Shown: positions 8,693 to 16,881 of the stretch, one piece after another
Numbering within the stretch: position 1 is the first letter of the stretch
Layout of the letters: every line of letters starts with the position of its first letter
Origin: Bryobacterales bacterium
Lineage (GTDB): Bacteria; Acidobacteriota; Terriglobia; Bryobacterales; UBA6623
Assembly: GCA_965226215.1 (NCBI GenBank)
Contig: CBDDCH010000002.1
Span: forward strand, 1,342,282 to 1,406,281
DNA length: 64,000 bases
Direction: 5' to 3'
Position numbers and translations under genes: made by a program
The notes under the pieces: generated by a model
What the model was told of the DNA's origin: nothing
Seen by the model: only the letters and a program-made list of their open reading frames with translations
The model's database searches: none

Positions 8693-9240
8693 GTGGCGCT
8701 TCGCAGAGTCTTCGTAGAGTCCATCCGAGGGGCGAGGGCAAAGGTCCGTGGCCCGTGGGCCCATCATTCGCGCCGCGTCGTCCGGCTGCGGGTGGGCGAA
8801 TTGGTGGAGATCTCCAAACCACGAAAGACTTTTCCTGGCCGCGGTAAACTGCTCGACCGGGGAAGAAGTAGAGTTCGAGAGCAGGGAAACCCTGGCCCAG
8901 CCCGCGAGTGCTCCCAGGATCGTGCTGATGATGGCCGTCATCAAGTTTGCCCGGCTGGAATGGGCGATCGAGAAGGCAACCGAACTGGGTGTTTCTTCCA
9001 TTGTCCCCGTGGCGGCCGCCCGCTGTGAGGCTAGACTGATCCAGGCCGGGGGCAAACGCCGCGGGCGCTGGCAGCGGATAGCGGAAGAAGCTGCCCAGCA
9101 GTCGCGACGCTTGGCGCCTCCGAGCATAGAGCCTCCAATGCCATTGATAGAGGCGCTTCCGAAGCATGACGCTCGGCTGCCGATCATCCTCGACACTGAT
9201 TGCCCTCCGTTGAAAAAGCTTGCCGCCGGCTTTCGGCGAA
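8693..9240 (+). pseudogene. rsmE: 16S rRNA (uracil1498-N3)-methyltransferase RsmE remnant (frameshifted; GPEGG-containing C-terminus not found)
   Basis: The N-terminal part (RRVFVE...AHHSRRVVRLRVGELVEIS) is in frame 2. The continuation (NHERLFLAAV...PRIVLMMAVIKFARLEWAIEKATELGVSSIVP...RWQRIAEEAAQQSRR) is in frame 3. The switch is at CCAAACC near 8816. I could not find the GPEGG...LRxETA C-terminal motifs in any frame. Confidence 0.55.
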
Positions 9241-9333
9241 AGACCAAGCGCGGTCTACGGTCCACGTTCGAATCCGGCTTATACGTCATCGATCAACGTT
9301 GGATGAAATCCCGGCGGTCTCAGACGCCGGTAA

Positions 9334-9353
9334 CACAGGCAATCCTGCCTGTG
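9334..9353. repeat. Short REP-like hairpin CACAGGCA-ATCC-TGCCTGTG, copy 1
   Basis: 8-bp stem with a 4-nt loop. About 27 nt of context recur at 11543-11568, with a compensatory stem change. Confidence 0.6.
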
Positions 9354-9475
9354 GACTTCCCACTTGCAACGAAGCCTCGCCCGCTTTGCTCAACAAATGG
9401 GGCGCCAAGTGGCGCGCGCCTCGTACCGACCAGCCTCTCACGCACTTCGCCTCGCCACCTGGTGAGGAAAGGGGG

Positions 9476-10117
9476 CTAGACTCCCCGCGCGTCTGCTCCC
9501 CAGATTATTTTGTGGAGCTGGTAGCCCAAGCGGACCTCGGCCAAACTGTCCCTAAGCATCCACTCCGCCAGTTCCTTGGGGTCGAGCTCACCGTGGACGG
9601 GTGAAAAAATAACCGCGTTCACTCGCTCGGCAAGGCGATGTTCCCTGGTGAAGTCGCGCGAAAACTCATAGTCGCGCCGCGTCAAAATCACAAACTTGAT
9701 TTGGTCGTGCCGGGCCAGGTGCTCCAGATTCTCGATCGCAAAGCTGTTCGCCTCGCCCGAGTCGGGACACTTGACGTCTACGATCTTGACGACCTCAGGT
9801 GGGACGCGGCCGATCTTCCGTTCGCCGCTTGTTTCGAGCATCACGTCGTAACCCTTCTGCAATAGGCGGTCCATCAGCGGGTAGACTTCCTCCTGCAGCA
9901 AGGGCTCGCCGCCCGTAATCTCCACCAACTTTCCCGGGAACGACTCAACCCTCTTGATGACCTCCTCGAGGCTCAGGCCTTCGCCCCCGAAAAAGGCATA
10001 GTCGGTGTCACACCAGGTGCAGCGCAGGTTGCAGCCTGTCAGGCGGATGAAAATGCAGGGCACGCCGGCGTAGGTGGACTCGCCCTGTATGGACTTGAAG
10101 ATTTCCGTGATTTGCAT
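9476..10117 (-). CDS. queE: 7-carboxy-7-deazaguanine synthase QueE (radical SAM)
   Basis: MQITEIFKSIQGESTYAGVPCIFIRLTGCNLRCTWCDT matches the QueE N-terminus and its CxxxCxxC cluster. The ATG at 10117 is preferred to the upstream TTG at 10177. Confidence 0.9.
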   Translation of the reverse strand: MQITEIFKSIQGESTYAGVPCIFIRLTGCNLRCTWCDTDYAFFGGEGLSLEEVIKRVESFPGKLVEITGGEPLLQEEVYPLMDRLLQKGYDVMLETSGERKIGRVPPEVVKIVDVKCPDSGEANSFAIENLEHLARHDQIKFVILTRRDYEFSRDFTREHRLAERVNAVIFSPVHGELDPKELAEWMLRDSLAEVRLGYQLHKIIWGADARGV

Positions 10118-10409
10118 CGGAGGTGGAGGGCTTTTCGGCCGCCCGCCGAAGAATGACAATACTCGATCACTGTCCAAGGTAGCAGAAGCCGGCCGTCAGA
10201 CGGCTCGTCCCAGCACCGCGCGGTCGAGACCGTCTTGACGGCTTCCTGACACTCCGAAAGTGATACCTTGAACGGTACAACCCTGAGCCGAAAAAGCTAG
10301 GCAGGCACTGTTCAAGTTTGGAGTGGATCCAGGCCTCCTGCCCGGCCTGAATCGTGAATCTGGGCCGCTTTCTATTGTTGGTTGAGTGTCGTACGCCATT
10401 AGGTCGCCG

Positions 10410-11183
10410 ATGAAAAGAGACGAACGAGTCCTGTCAGTTATGGCGCATCCCGACGACGCGGAAATCTTCTGCGCGGGCACTCTGGCAAGGCTGCAGGAAA
10501 TGGGATTCGATATTCACATCGCTACCATGACACCGGGTGACTGTGGAAGCAAACACCAAAGCCCTTCCGACATCTCCCGCGTTCGCCTCGAGGAAGCTCG
10601 CGCGGCGGCCTCACGAATTCGCGCCGGCTATTCCTGCCTTGACTGCCGCGACTTGCAGATCGCCTACGATCCGCCAACCATCCGGAAAGCGGTCGAACTG
10701 CTGCGTCAAATCGACCCGGCGATCGTTATCACCCACTCGCCCCGAGATTATCTGCTCGACCACGAGATCACGAGCCTCGTCGTCCGCAATGCTTGCTTCG
10801 CCGCGCCGGTGCCGAATTTCCAAACCGCACGACTCCCCAGCCGCCCACCGACCGGCGGCATCCCGCACCTCTACTACGCCTCTCCCGCGGCCGGCATGGA
10901 CATCTTTGGGGAACCGGTCCCAGCAACCGTCTATATCGACATCTCCGATGTCATGGGTCTGAAAAGCGATATGCTCGCCTGCCACAAAAGCCAGCACGCT
11001 TGGCTTCGCGCGCAGCACGGGATGGAGGAGTATCTCAATGAGATGCGCAAGTGGAACGCTGATCTTGGAAAGCAGATCGGGGTAGAGTACGCCGAGGGCT
11101 TCCGTCAGCATCTTGGGTACCCCTATCCCAAGGATGACCGTCTAGCCAAGCTACTCGGTGGGACGGCGAAACGCGCGCACTAG
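10410..11183 (+). CDS. PIG-L/LmbE family deacetylase
   Basis: RVLSVMAHPDDAEIFCAGTLARL and ...VITHSPRDYLLDHE are PIG-L signatures. The stop TAG (11181-11183) lies inside the terminal CTAG of MITE-A1. Confidence 0.8.
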   Translation: MKRDERVLSVMAHPDDAEIFCAGTLARLQEMGFDIHIATMTPGDCGSKHQSPSDISRVRLEEARAAASRIRAGYSCLDCRDLQIAYDPPTIRKAVELLRQIDPAIVITHSPRDYLLDHEITSLVVRNACFAAPVPNFQTARLPSRPPTGGIPHLYYASPAAGMDIFGEPVPATVYIDISDVMGLKSDMLACHKSQHAWLRAQHGMEEYLNEMRKWNADLGKQIGVEYAEGFRQHLGYPYPKDDRLAKLLGGTAKRAH

Positions 11184-11490
11184 TGCTGGGTTGCATAAGT
11201 TCCCGATCGTTTATAGGCCGGAAATCTCTGGACCGCTCGGTCGAAAACCCGGGGGTTTTGATCCCCTTGGGTGGGCCTGAGGCTGGTGGCAGGACCGGAC
11301 TCTTGAGGGGGACTGACCGCTCCCTGACGGTCGCGGCTCCGTTTATCTTGGCCAAGGCCCATGTACACTCCCTCACGGTCGCGGCTTGGAAGGCTCTGCG
11401 AACAAACCACTTCCGGGCCAGACGGACGATCGTATGATCCTTCCGGAAAGGGCTTTTTTCAATACGCGAACTTTTGCAACCAAGCACTAG
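11180..11490. repeat. MITE-like element, family A, copy A1 (long form, 311 bp)
   Basis: Terminal inverted repeats are CTAGTGCTGGGTTGCATAAGTTC... and ...GAACTTTTGCAACCAAGCACTAG. Short forms are at 27819-27995 and 21555-21732. A1 carries an extra internal segment of about 134 bp that also occurs alone at 24135-24295. Confidence 0.8.
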
Positions 11491-11546
11491 CCGGGACTGC
11501 TCGATCTTCCTGAACCAACCCGTCCGCGAGAAAACTGATCGGGTAA

Positions 11547-11566
11547 CACAGACAATCCTGTCTGTG
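11547..11566. repeat. Short REP-like hairpin CACAGACA-ATCC-TGTCTGTG, copy 2
   Basis: Same element as 9334-9353. G to A on the 5' arm is matched by C to T on the 3' arm. Confidence 0.6.
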
Positions 11567-11575
11567 GAACGACCA

Positions 11576-11962
11576 CTACCAGACAGTGCGAAGCTTCTTG
11601 TAATCCCTCATCCTCCGATCTTTCGTAACAAGCTGTGCTCGATGACGTAGTGCGGTCGCGGCGATGATGCGGTCCGCGGGGTTGCCGCTAAGTTCCCCCA
11701 CTAGACCCGCCGCCCCTACAGCAACCTCTGGGGAAAGAGGAAGCAGGTTCATACGAGGTCTGGCCAGGGCCTGCTTGATCCACACCAAGACATCCCGATC
11801 CAAGCCCAAGCGCCCCTTGGCGACAAGCATTCCCAGCTCCCAACAGCTAATGGCGCAGATTCCGATCTCAGGCGCCGATTCCAGGGCCCGGCGTGCCCGC
11901 ACGCTTAGCTTGCTCGGTGAGCTGATCCACCAGATCCAGCTATGGGTATCGGCTATGATCAC
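11576..11962 (-). CDS. vapC: PIN-domain toxin (VapC family), TA pair 2
   Basis: The GTG start at 11962 gives VIIADTHSWIWW..., and ...ICAISCWELGML...DRIIAATALRHRAQLVTKD is PIN-like. It lies 10 nt downstream of the antitoxin stop. Confidence 0.75.
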   Translation of the reverse strand: MIIADTHSWIWWISSPSKLSVRARRALESAPEIGICAISCWELGMLVAKGRLGLDRDVLVWIKQALARPRMNLLPLSPEVAVGAAGLVGELSGNPADRIIAATALRHRAQLVTKDRRMRDYKKLRTVW

Positions 11963-11972
11963 TTGTCCGCTT

Positions 11973-12194
11973 TCAATCTTCGTCCACGGGGGAAACGATG
12001 TCTTTCTCCCAGCGAACACTGCCGATTAGGGTCGGAGGCTCCGCAGTCTCCACCGCCGCCACTTTGGCGACCGGTTTACCGCGCTTTGTAACGATCAATT
12101 CTTCCCCGGTGATAGAGACCTCATCCAGTAGCGCCAGGCATTTAGCTTTGAACTCACCCGCCGGCACGTGTCGAGTCTTTGTGTTCATAGTCAT
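11973..12194 (-). CDS. Phd/YefM-family antitoxin, TA pair 2
   Basis: MTMNTKTRHVPAGEFKAKCLALLDEVSITGEELIVTKRGKPVAKV is a Phd/YefM-type N-terminus. The longer ORF reaching 12287 is Gly/Arg-rich and unlikely to be translated. Confidence 0.75.
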   Translation of the reverse strand: MTMNTKTRHVPAGEFKAKCLALLDEVSITGEELIVTKRGKPVAKVAAVETAEPPTLIGSVRWEKDIVSPVDED

Positions 12195-12330
12195 TAGTCT
12201 ATAGTCATGAACGTAATCGTGTCTACTCCCACTTCTCCCGCCAACTTGGCCTGGGCCGCCTCCCTGACGCCCAGGCCCTTGCTGCAATCACACTCTTGCC
12301 ACACCAGGAAAAAAGGAGGATGATCGGACT

Positions 12331-12927
12331 ATGACGGCCAATCGAATTCTCTTTCAGCTTCTTTTTCTTCTCTTTCTAGCCGGCGCTCTGGCACACGCGA
12401 CGCTCGTCCCCCGCATGACGCTCGAACAAGCGGTCGATGACTCCGAGCTTATCGTCCAGGGCACCGTCGTGCGGACCTGGTCGGCCTGGGGTGACAAGCG
12501 GCAGTTCATATGGACTCACTACGAACTCAAAGTGTCGGACGCCCTCAAGGGTCTTGCGACCCGCAGCATTGTTGTAAGCGAGCCGGGCGGCAAGGTCGGT
12601 GACACCGGTATGCAGATTGCCGGCGCGCCTCGCTACTCCGTGGGGGAAGAAGTGGTACTGTTTGCCACTCGGACGCCCATCGGATACTTGCGGACCGCCG
12701 GTTGGGGTCAGGGGAAATATGTGGTCGTGGACTCCAGAGACTCCGACCGTCGGGTCGTCCGCACTTCCGTGCGGGATATCACCTTGGTCGATCCGATTTC
12801 CAAGCCGGGGTCGCCGCCGGGGCGGGCGCAAACCGTCCTGGGCCGACTCGATGGCACGGAGTTGAGCGCATTCAAGGAACGCGTGAGACAGTTGGTCGTT
12901 TCTCGCGCCGCGAAGGAGGTTCGCTGA
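12331..12927 (+). CDS. Hypothetical secreted protein, probably co-transcribed with the downstream metalloprotease gene
   Basis: Signal peptide ILFQLLFLLFLAGALAHA. Its stop (TGA 12925-12927) lies 1 nt before the ATG at 12929 (TGAAATG). No family recognised. Confidence 0.6.
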   Translation: MTANRILFQLLFLLFLAGALAHATLVPRMTLEQAVDDSELIVQGTVVRTWSAWGDKRQFIWTHYELKVSDALKGLATRSIVVSEPGGKVGDTGMQIAGAPRYSVGEEVVLFATRTPIGYLRTAGWGQGKYVVVDSRDSDRRVVRTSVRDITLVDPISKPGSPPGRAQTVLGRLDGTELSAFKERVRQLVVSRAAKEVR

Positions 12928-14235
12928 AATGACGTCTCGAGCCCTCCTCACCCTGCTGCTCGCAGTTGCCGTTCCCTCTGCTGAAGCCTATGTCCGCGTC
13001 AGAACCGCGGGGGGAACTTTTCTCTTTCGGACCGACAACCAAAACATCGTCTATCTGATGAACGATCAGAGGGCCGCCGGGATGACCAACGCGGACGGCG
13101 AAGTGTTGATCACCGCGGACAGGGATCCCTTCGCCGCGCTTCAAGCTTCCCTGGCCGCCTGGGATGCTGTGTCGTCCGCGGACGTGAACTTCGCACCGCT
13201 CACGACAACGACGCTTGTCAATGATCCTGCCGATGGTAACCACGTTTTCGTTTTTCTTGACACGCCCGAGATCCGGGCAACTGTGGGTGGAGCGCTGGCG
13301 ATCACAAACCTGCGTTTCAACCCTGTAAACGGACAGATTTCCGACACCGACATCATCTTCAACCCGAACAACACGAACCCCTCCAGCGGCGACTTCGCGC
13401 CATATTCGACGACCCTGGAACCCGGCACATACGACATCCAGTCGATTGGCACCCACGAAGTCGGCCATGCGCTGGGATCAGACCACACCGTGGTTACCGG
13501 AGCCTCCATGTTCCCCACCCTCGGGATCGGGACAGATTTCTCGTCATTCATCTCGGCCGACGACGCCTGCTTTTTGACCTCGGCCTACCCGGCGCCAGGA
13601 TCAGCTAATGACTTCGGCGCCATTTCAGGGACCGTTACAGTAGACGGACAGCCTGCCACCGGCGTGTTCGTAACAGCCATCGACTCTGCGGCCGGTGTCA
13701 CGGTCGGGGCGCTCACCGATCTCAACGACGGCACGTATCGCATTCCGCTTCCGCCGGGAACGTATGTCGTTACCGCCGAGGCGCTTGACGGCCCCGTCAC
13801 GCCGGGCAACCTTAACATCCCCGGTCAGTTCACTCAGGACGCGCAGGCCGACTTCGTCGGTGGGGGCCAGAACCCGACGCAGTTTCCGGTCATCGCCGGG
13901 GGTGAGGACACCGTGGACATTGCGATGGAGGCTGGGCCGTCGCCGCTGGATATTGACGTTATAGGTTCCGGGCCGCCGGACCGCAGTTCCATTAGCCTCG
14001 GACGAGGCCCGATTCTCCTGACACCCGGCGAGGCAATCGACCTGGTGATGGCCGGGCCAGGCATCGACGGCACCCTGACCGACGCCAACATCCGGGTGCT
14101 GGTCCCGGGTGTGACGATCAGGCCAGGCTCGGTTGGCGCGGGCCCATTTACTACCTCGGGAATGCCAATTGTCCACGCGACAGTTGACGTCACTGACCCC
14201 GGACAGAGAGCCATCGGCACCTTCGTGGTCGTTAC

Positions 14236-15649
14236 GAGATATTGTCAAATGTTGTGGATGGGCGAGGTCAGGCGGCGTTTTCCTGAACCATCAATCCATC
14301 CTTGAAAACCTTTCCCTCTAAGACATGAACAATCACTTCCGAACCGTTCAGGCGTCGCCAGTGGCGCTCGGCTTGGCGGGCCAGCATGAAGACCATCGTT
14401 AACGACGCTTCGCGGCTGCCACAACCCTTCGTTCGTCGCTGCCGCAAACGGACCGTCGCAAAGGTGGACTCGATCGGGTTCGTCGTCCGCAAGTGCCCCC
14501 AGTGCTCGGCCGGAAAGTCGTAGAAAGCCAGCAGCACTTGGCGGTCTTTTTCCAGGCACTCGACCGCTTTGGGGAACTTCTTCTCGTATAGGTTCTTGAA
14601 ACGGTCCAGAGCGGCCTCCGCCGTCTGCCGACTCTCGGCAAGATAGATGTCGCGCAGCGCCTGCTTGGCTTTGCCCTGCATGCTCTGCGGCAGCTTATTG
14701 AGCACGTTGGCCGTCTTGTGGAGCCAGCAGCGTTGCTCACCGGTCGCCGGATAGACTTTCCGCAGTGCCGCCCAAAACCCCATCGCTCCGTCGCCCACCG
14801 CCAACTTCGGCGGCAGCTCGAGCCCCTGCCGTTTCAAGTCCTCCAGCAACTCCTGCCACGACAGTTCGCTTTCGCGAAAGCCGTCGTGCACCGCCAGCAG
14901 TTGCTTGCGACCGTCTTCGAGTGCTCCCATCACAACCAGCAAACACTGCCGTTCATCGTCCAGACGAACATTCGAGTAGATGCCATCGGCCCAAATGTAA
15001 ACAAACCGCTGGCCGCTGAGGTCACGCTTTGACCAAGCCTCGTACTCGCGGCGCCAGACGTCTTTGAGACGCACCACCGTCGTCGCCGACAGGCCCGGAG
15101 CGTCGGGCCCCAGCAAGGCCTCGAGCGCTTCGCTGAAATCGCCCGTCGAGATCCCTTTCAGGTACAACCAGGGGATCAACTCCTCCACACTCTTCGTGCG
15201 CCGCAGATACGGCGGCAGGATCTGGGAAGTGAAACGAAAGCGCCGGCCCTGCTCATCGACTCGGCGATCGTCGACCCGCGGCGCCTGGATCTTCAGCTGA
15301 CCCACGCCGCTGACGATGGTGCGCTCGCGGGCGTGACCGTTGCGCACCACCAGCCGCCGGCCGTCCTGGTCGACTTCGTGCTGATGCGTTTCGATGTAGG
15401 CGGTCACTTCGGCTTCCACGGCCTTGACCAGCATCTGGCGCGCTCCTTGGCGCAGCACCTCATCCAAGGGCGAGCGTTCCTTTCCATCAATGACTTGGGG
15501 GTTGACTTGACTGCTGCTCTCAGCAGCTTCACACTGACTCATGGCGTATCCTCCTTGTTCCTTTCCAGAAAACGATTGAGTTGCTTCCTCAATCGTCAGG
15601 ATACGCCGCCTCCCCTCAGAGGCTCATCCACAACTTCTGGTTATAGCTC
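14236..15649 (-). mobile_element. IS256-family insertion sequence, copy 1 (1414 bp) with 9-bp TSD GGTCGTTAC
   Basis: Ends are GAGATATTGTCAAATGTTGTGGATGGG and (inverse) GAGCTATAACCAGAAGTTGTGGATGAG. GGTCGTTAC occurs at 14227-14235 and at 15650-15658. The element is near-identical to 47930-49343. Confidence 0.9.
14268..15542 (-). CDS. IS256-family transposase (Transposase_mut)
   Basis: 424 aa with ...YLRRTKSVEELIPWLYLKGISTGDF...VYIWADGIY...LAVGDGAMGFW...CWLHKTANVLNKLP...TTNPIESTF, the classic IS256 pattern. Confidence 0.9.
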   Translation of the reverse strand: MSQCEAAESSSQVNPQVIDGKERSPLDEVLRQGARQMLVKAVEAEVTAYIETHQHEVDQDGRRLVVRNGHARERTIVSGVGQLKIQAPRVDDRRVDEQGRRFRFTSQILPPYLRRTKSVEELIPWLYLKGISTGDFSEALEALLGPDAPGLSATTVVRLKDVWRREYEAWSKRDLSGQRFVYIWADGIYSNVRLDDERQCLLVVMGALEDGRKQLLAVHDGFRESELSWQELLEDLKRQGLELPPKLAVGDGAMGFWAALRKVYPATGEQRCWLHKTANVLNKLPQSMQGKAKQALRDIYLAESRQTAEAALDRFKNLYEKKFPKAVECLEKDRQVLLAFYDFPAEHWGHLRTTNPIESTFATVRLRQRRTKGCGSREASLTMVFMLARQAERHWRRLNGSEVIVHVLEGKVFKDGLMVQENAA

Positions 15650-16656
15650 GGTCGTTACCAACCCGACCGCAGTGTATACCGGCGCCTTGGTCGTTGCCGG
15701 CACGCAAGCCGCGCCGGCAATCCCAGTGATTGGCGGCATCGTCAGCAGCGCCAGTTTTGCCCCGAACACACCGGCGGCGCCTGGTTCCATCCTGGCCGTT
15801 TTCGGCCAGAACTTCGGCATGACCAACCGGAACTTTCTGTTCCCGTCCACTCGATTTGAGAACGAGGGCGTATCGGTTCTGTTTGACGGCACGGCCGCGC
15901 CGCTGTTTGGCGTGTTTGGAGCAACTCCCTTCTCGCAGATCAACGTCCTGGCGCCGACCGATCTGCCCGAAATGGGCCAGGTTCAAGTGAAGGTCACCAA
16001 TTCGGCCGGAACCAGCGATATGTTCATGCTGGCGATGGCGCCGGCGAGCACGGGTATTTATCGCGCCGACCCGGTGGGCCGCTTGTACGCGGCGGCTTTG
16101 GTTGCCTTCGACCCCGACGTCCCGAATCGTGGGCCGACCAGGCATCTGGTCATTCCCGCTTCGACAGCGGCCACGCTGGGCATCCCGACGAACTGCAAGG
16201 CGGACGGGGTGGCTCCTTTAGCCGATTGCGGGGAGCCGGTGTCTCCGGGCGTGATCCTACAGATCTTCGTTACGGGTCTGGGCAAGGCCACGCCGGGTGG
16301 CGATCCGGCGGGCGATCCCTTGCCGGCGGGAATGGTAGCCCCCGGCGTCCCTGCGTACAACACGGTTGAGACGCCCGAGGTGACGATCGGAGGAATGCCG
16401 GCGAGAGTTGATTTCTCCGGGCTAGCGCCCGGCTTTTCAGGGTTGTATCAGATCAACGCGCTGGTGCCTTTAGGGGCGCAGGCGGGCGATCAGGTTCCGC
16501 TTACCATCCGCATGCCCAGCGAGGCCACGGGGGATACGTCGAACATAGCGATTGCCGCCCCGTAAGGTCGGTGAGAAGTCGTTCGTCTGCAGACTGATTC
16601 GGCGCCAGCCAAGAGATCGCTCCCTACAGAGCTGGAGTTATTTCCTTTTCGCCAAG

Positions 16657-16797
16657 GGCTTGGGACCCACTTTCGCCGGGCTATACCAAATCAACATTAT
16701 CGTTCCCGCCGGCGTGCCGGTGGGCGATAGTGTGATCATGGTGCTTTCGATGCCCAATGGCCTGAGTCATCAGTTGCCCATCGCTATCCGGCCGTGA
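16657..16797 (+). pseudogene. Orphan 3' remnant of a Soli_cterm-type domain
   Basis: GLGPTFAGLYQINIIVPAGVPVGDSVIMVLSMPNGLSHQLPIAIRP* aligns with the last ~46 aa of the preceding gene (GLAPGFSGLYQINALVPLGAQAGDQVPLTIRMPSEATGDTSNIAIAAP*). Nothing upstream in the same frame looks like the rest of the domain. Confidence 0.6.
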
Positions 16798-16881
16798 GGG
16801 TCTGGGCTTAAAACCCGCGCTCAACAATCGAACGCACTTGCAAGCTACAAACGCCGCCAAGGAGCACGCTCACCCGAGGCC

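Larger units (their letters stand above)
12929..16565 (+). pseudogene. Secreted metzincin-type zinc metalloprotease with a CarboxypepD_reg-like domain and Soli_cterm-type C-terminal domain, disrupted by IS256
   Basis: It has a signal peptide, HEVGHALGSDH (HExxHxxGxxH) followed by a Met-turn (GASMFP), and GTVTVDGQPATGVFV...DGTYRIPLPPGTYVV. The C-terminus is ...FSGLAPGFSGLYQINALVP. Exonic parts 12929-14235 and 15659-16565 sum to 2214 nt (738 codons) and join in frame (..FVVVT|NPTAVY..). Confidence 0.85.

Noticed and set aside
8489-9289. 266-aa and 212-aa minus-strand ORFs across the rsmE region
   Set aside because: They are antisense to recognisable RsmE sequence and encode low-complexity Arg/Ser/Pro-rich peptides. 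I treat them as spurious.
10118-10409. preQ1 riboswitch upstream of queE
   Set aside because: I looked on the minus strand for the conserved preQ1-I/II loop and A-rich tail motifs and did not see them. I cannot exclude a divergent class without a covariance-model search.
12188-12208. Tandem heptamers TAGTCAT TAGTCTA TAGTCAT at the start of the Phd/YefM antitoxin gene, as an operator
   Set aside because: They overlap the start codons themselves (ATGACTATGAAC on the coding strand) and form no clear palindrome. They are possibly regulatory but not supportable from sequence alone.
15333-15658. N-terminal 109 codons of the tracked ORF 15333-16565
   Set aside because: This part is antisense to the IS256 transposase gene and its terminal repeat. 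Only 15659 onward belongs to the protease gene, joined to 14235.
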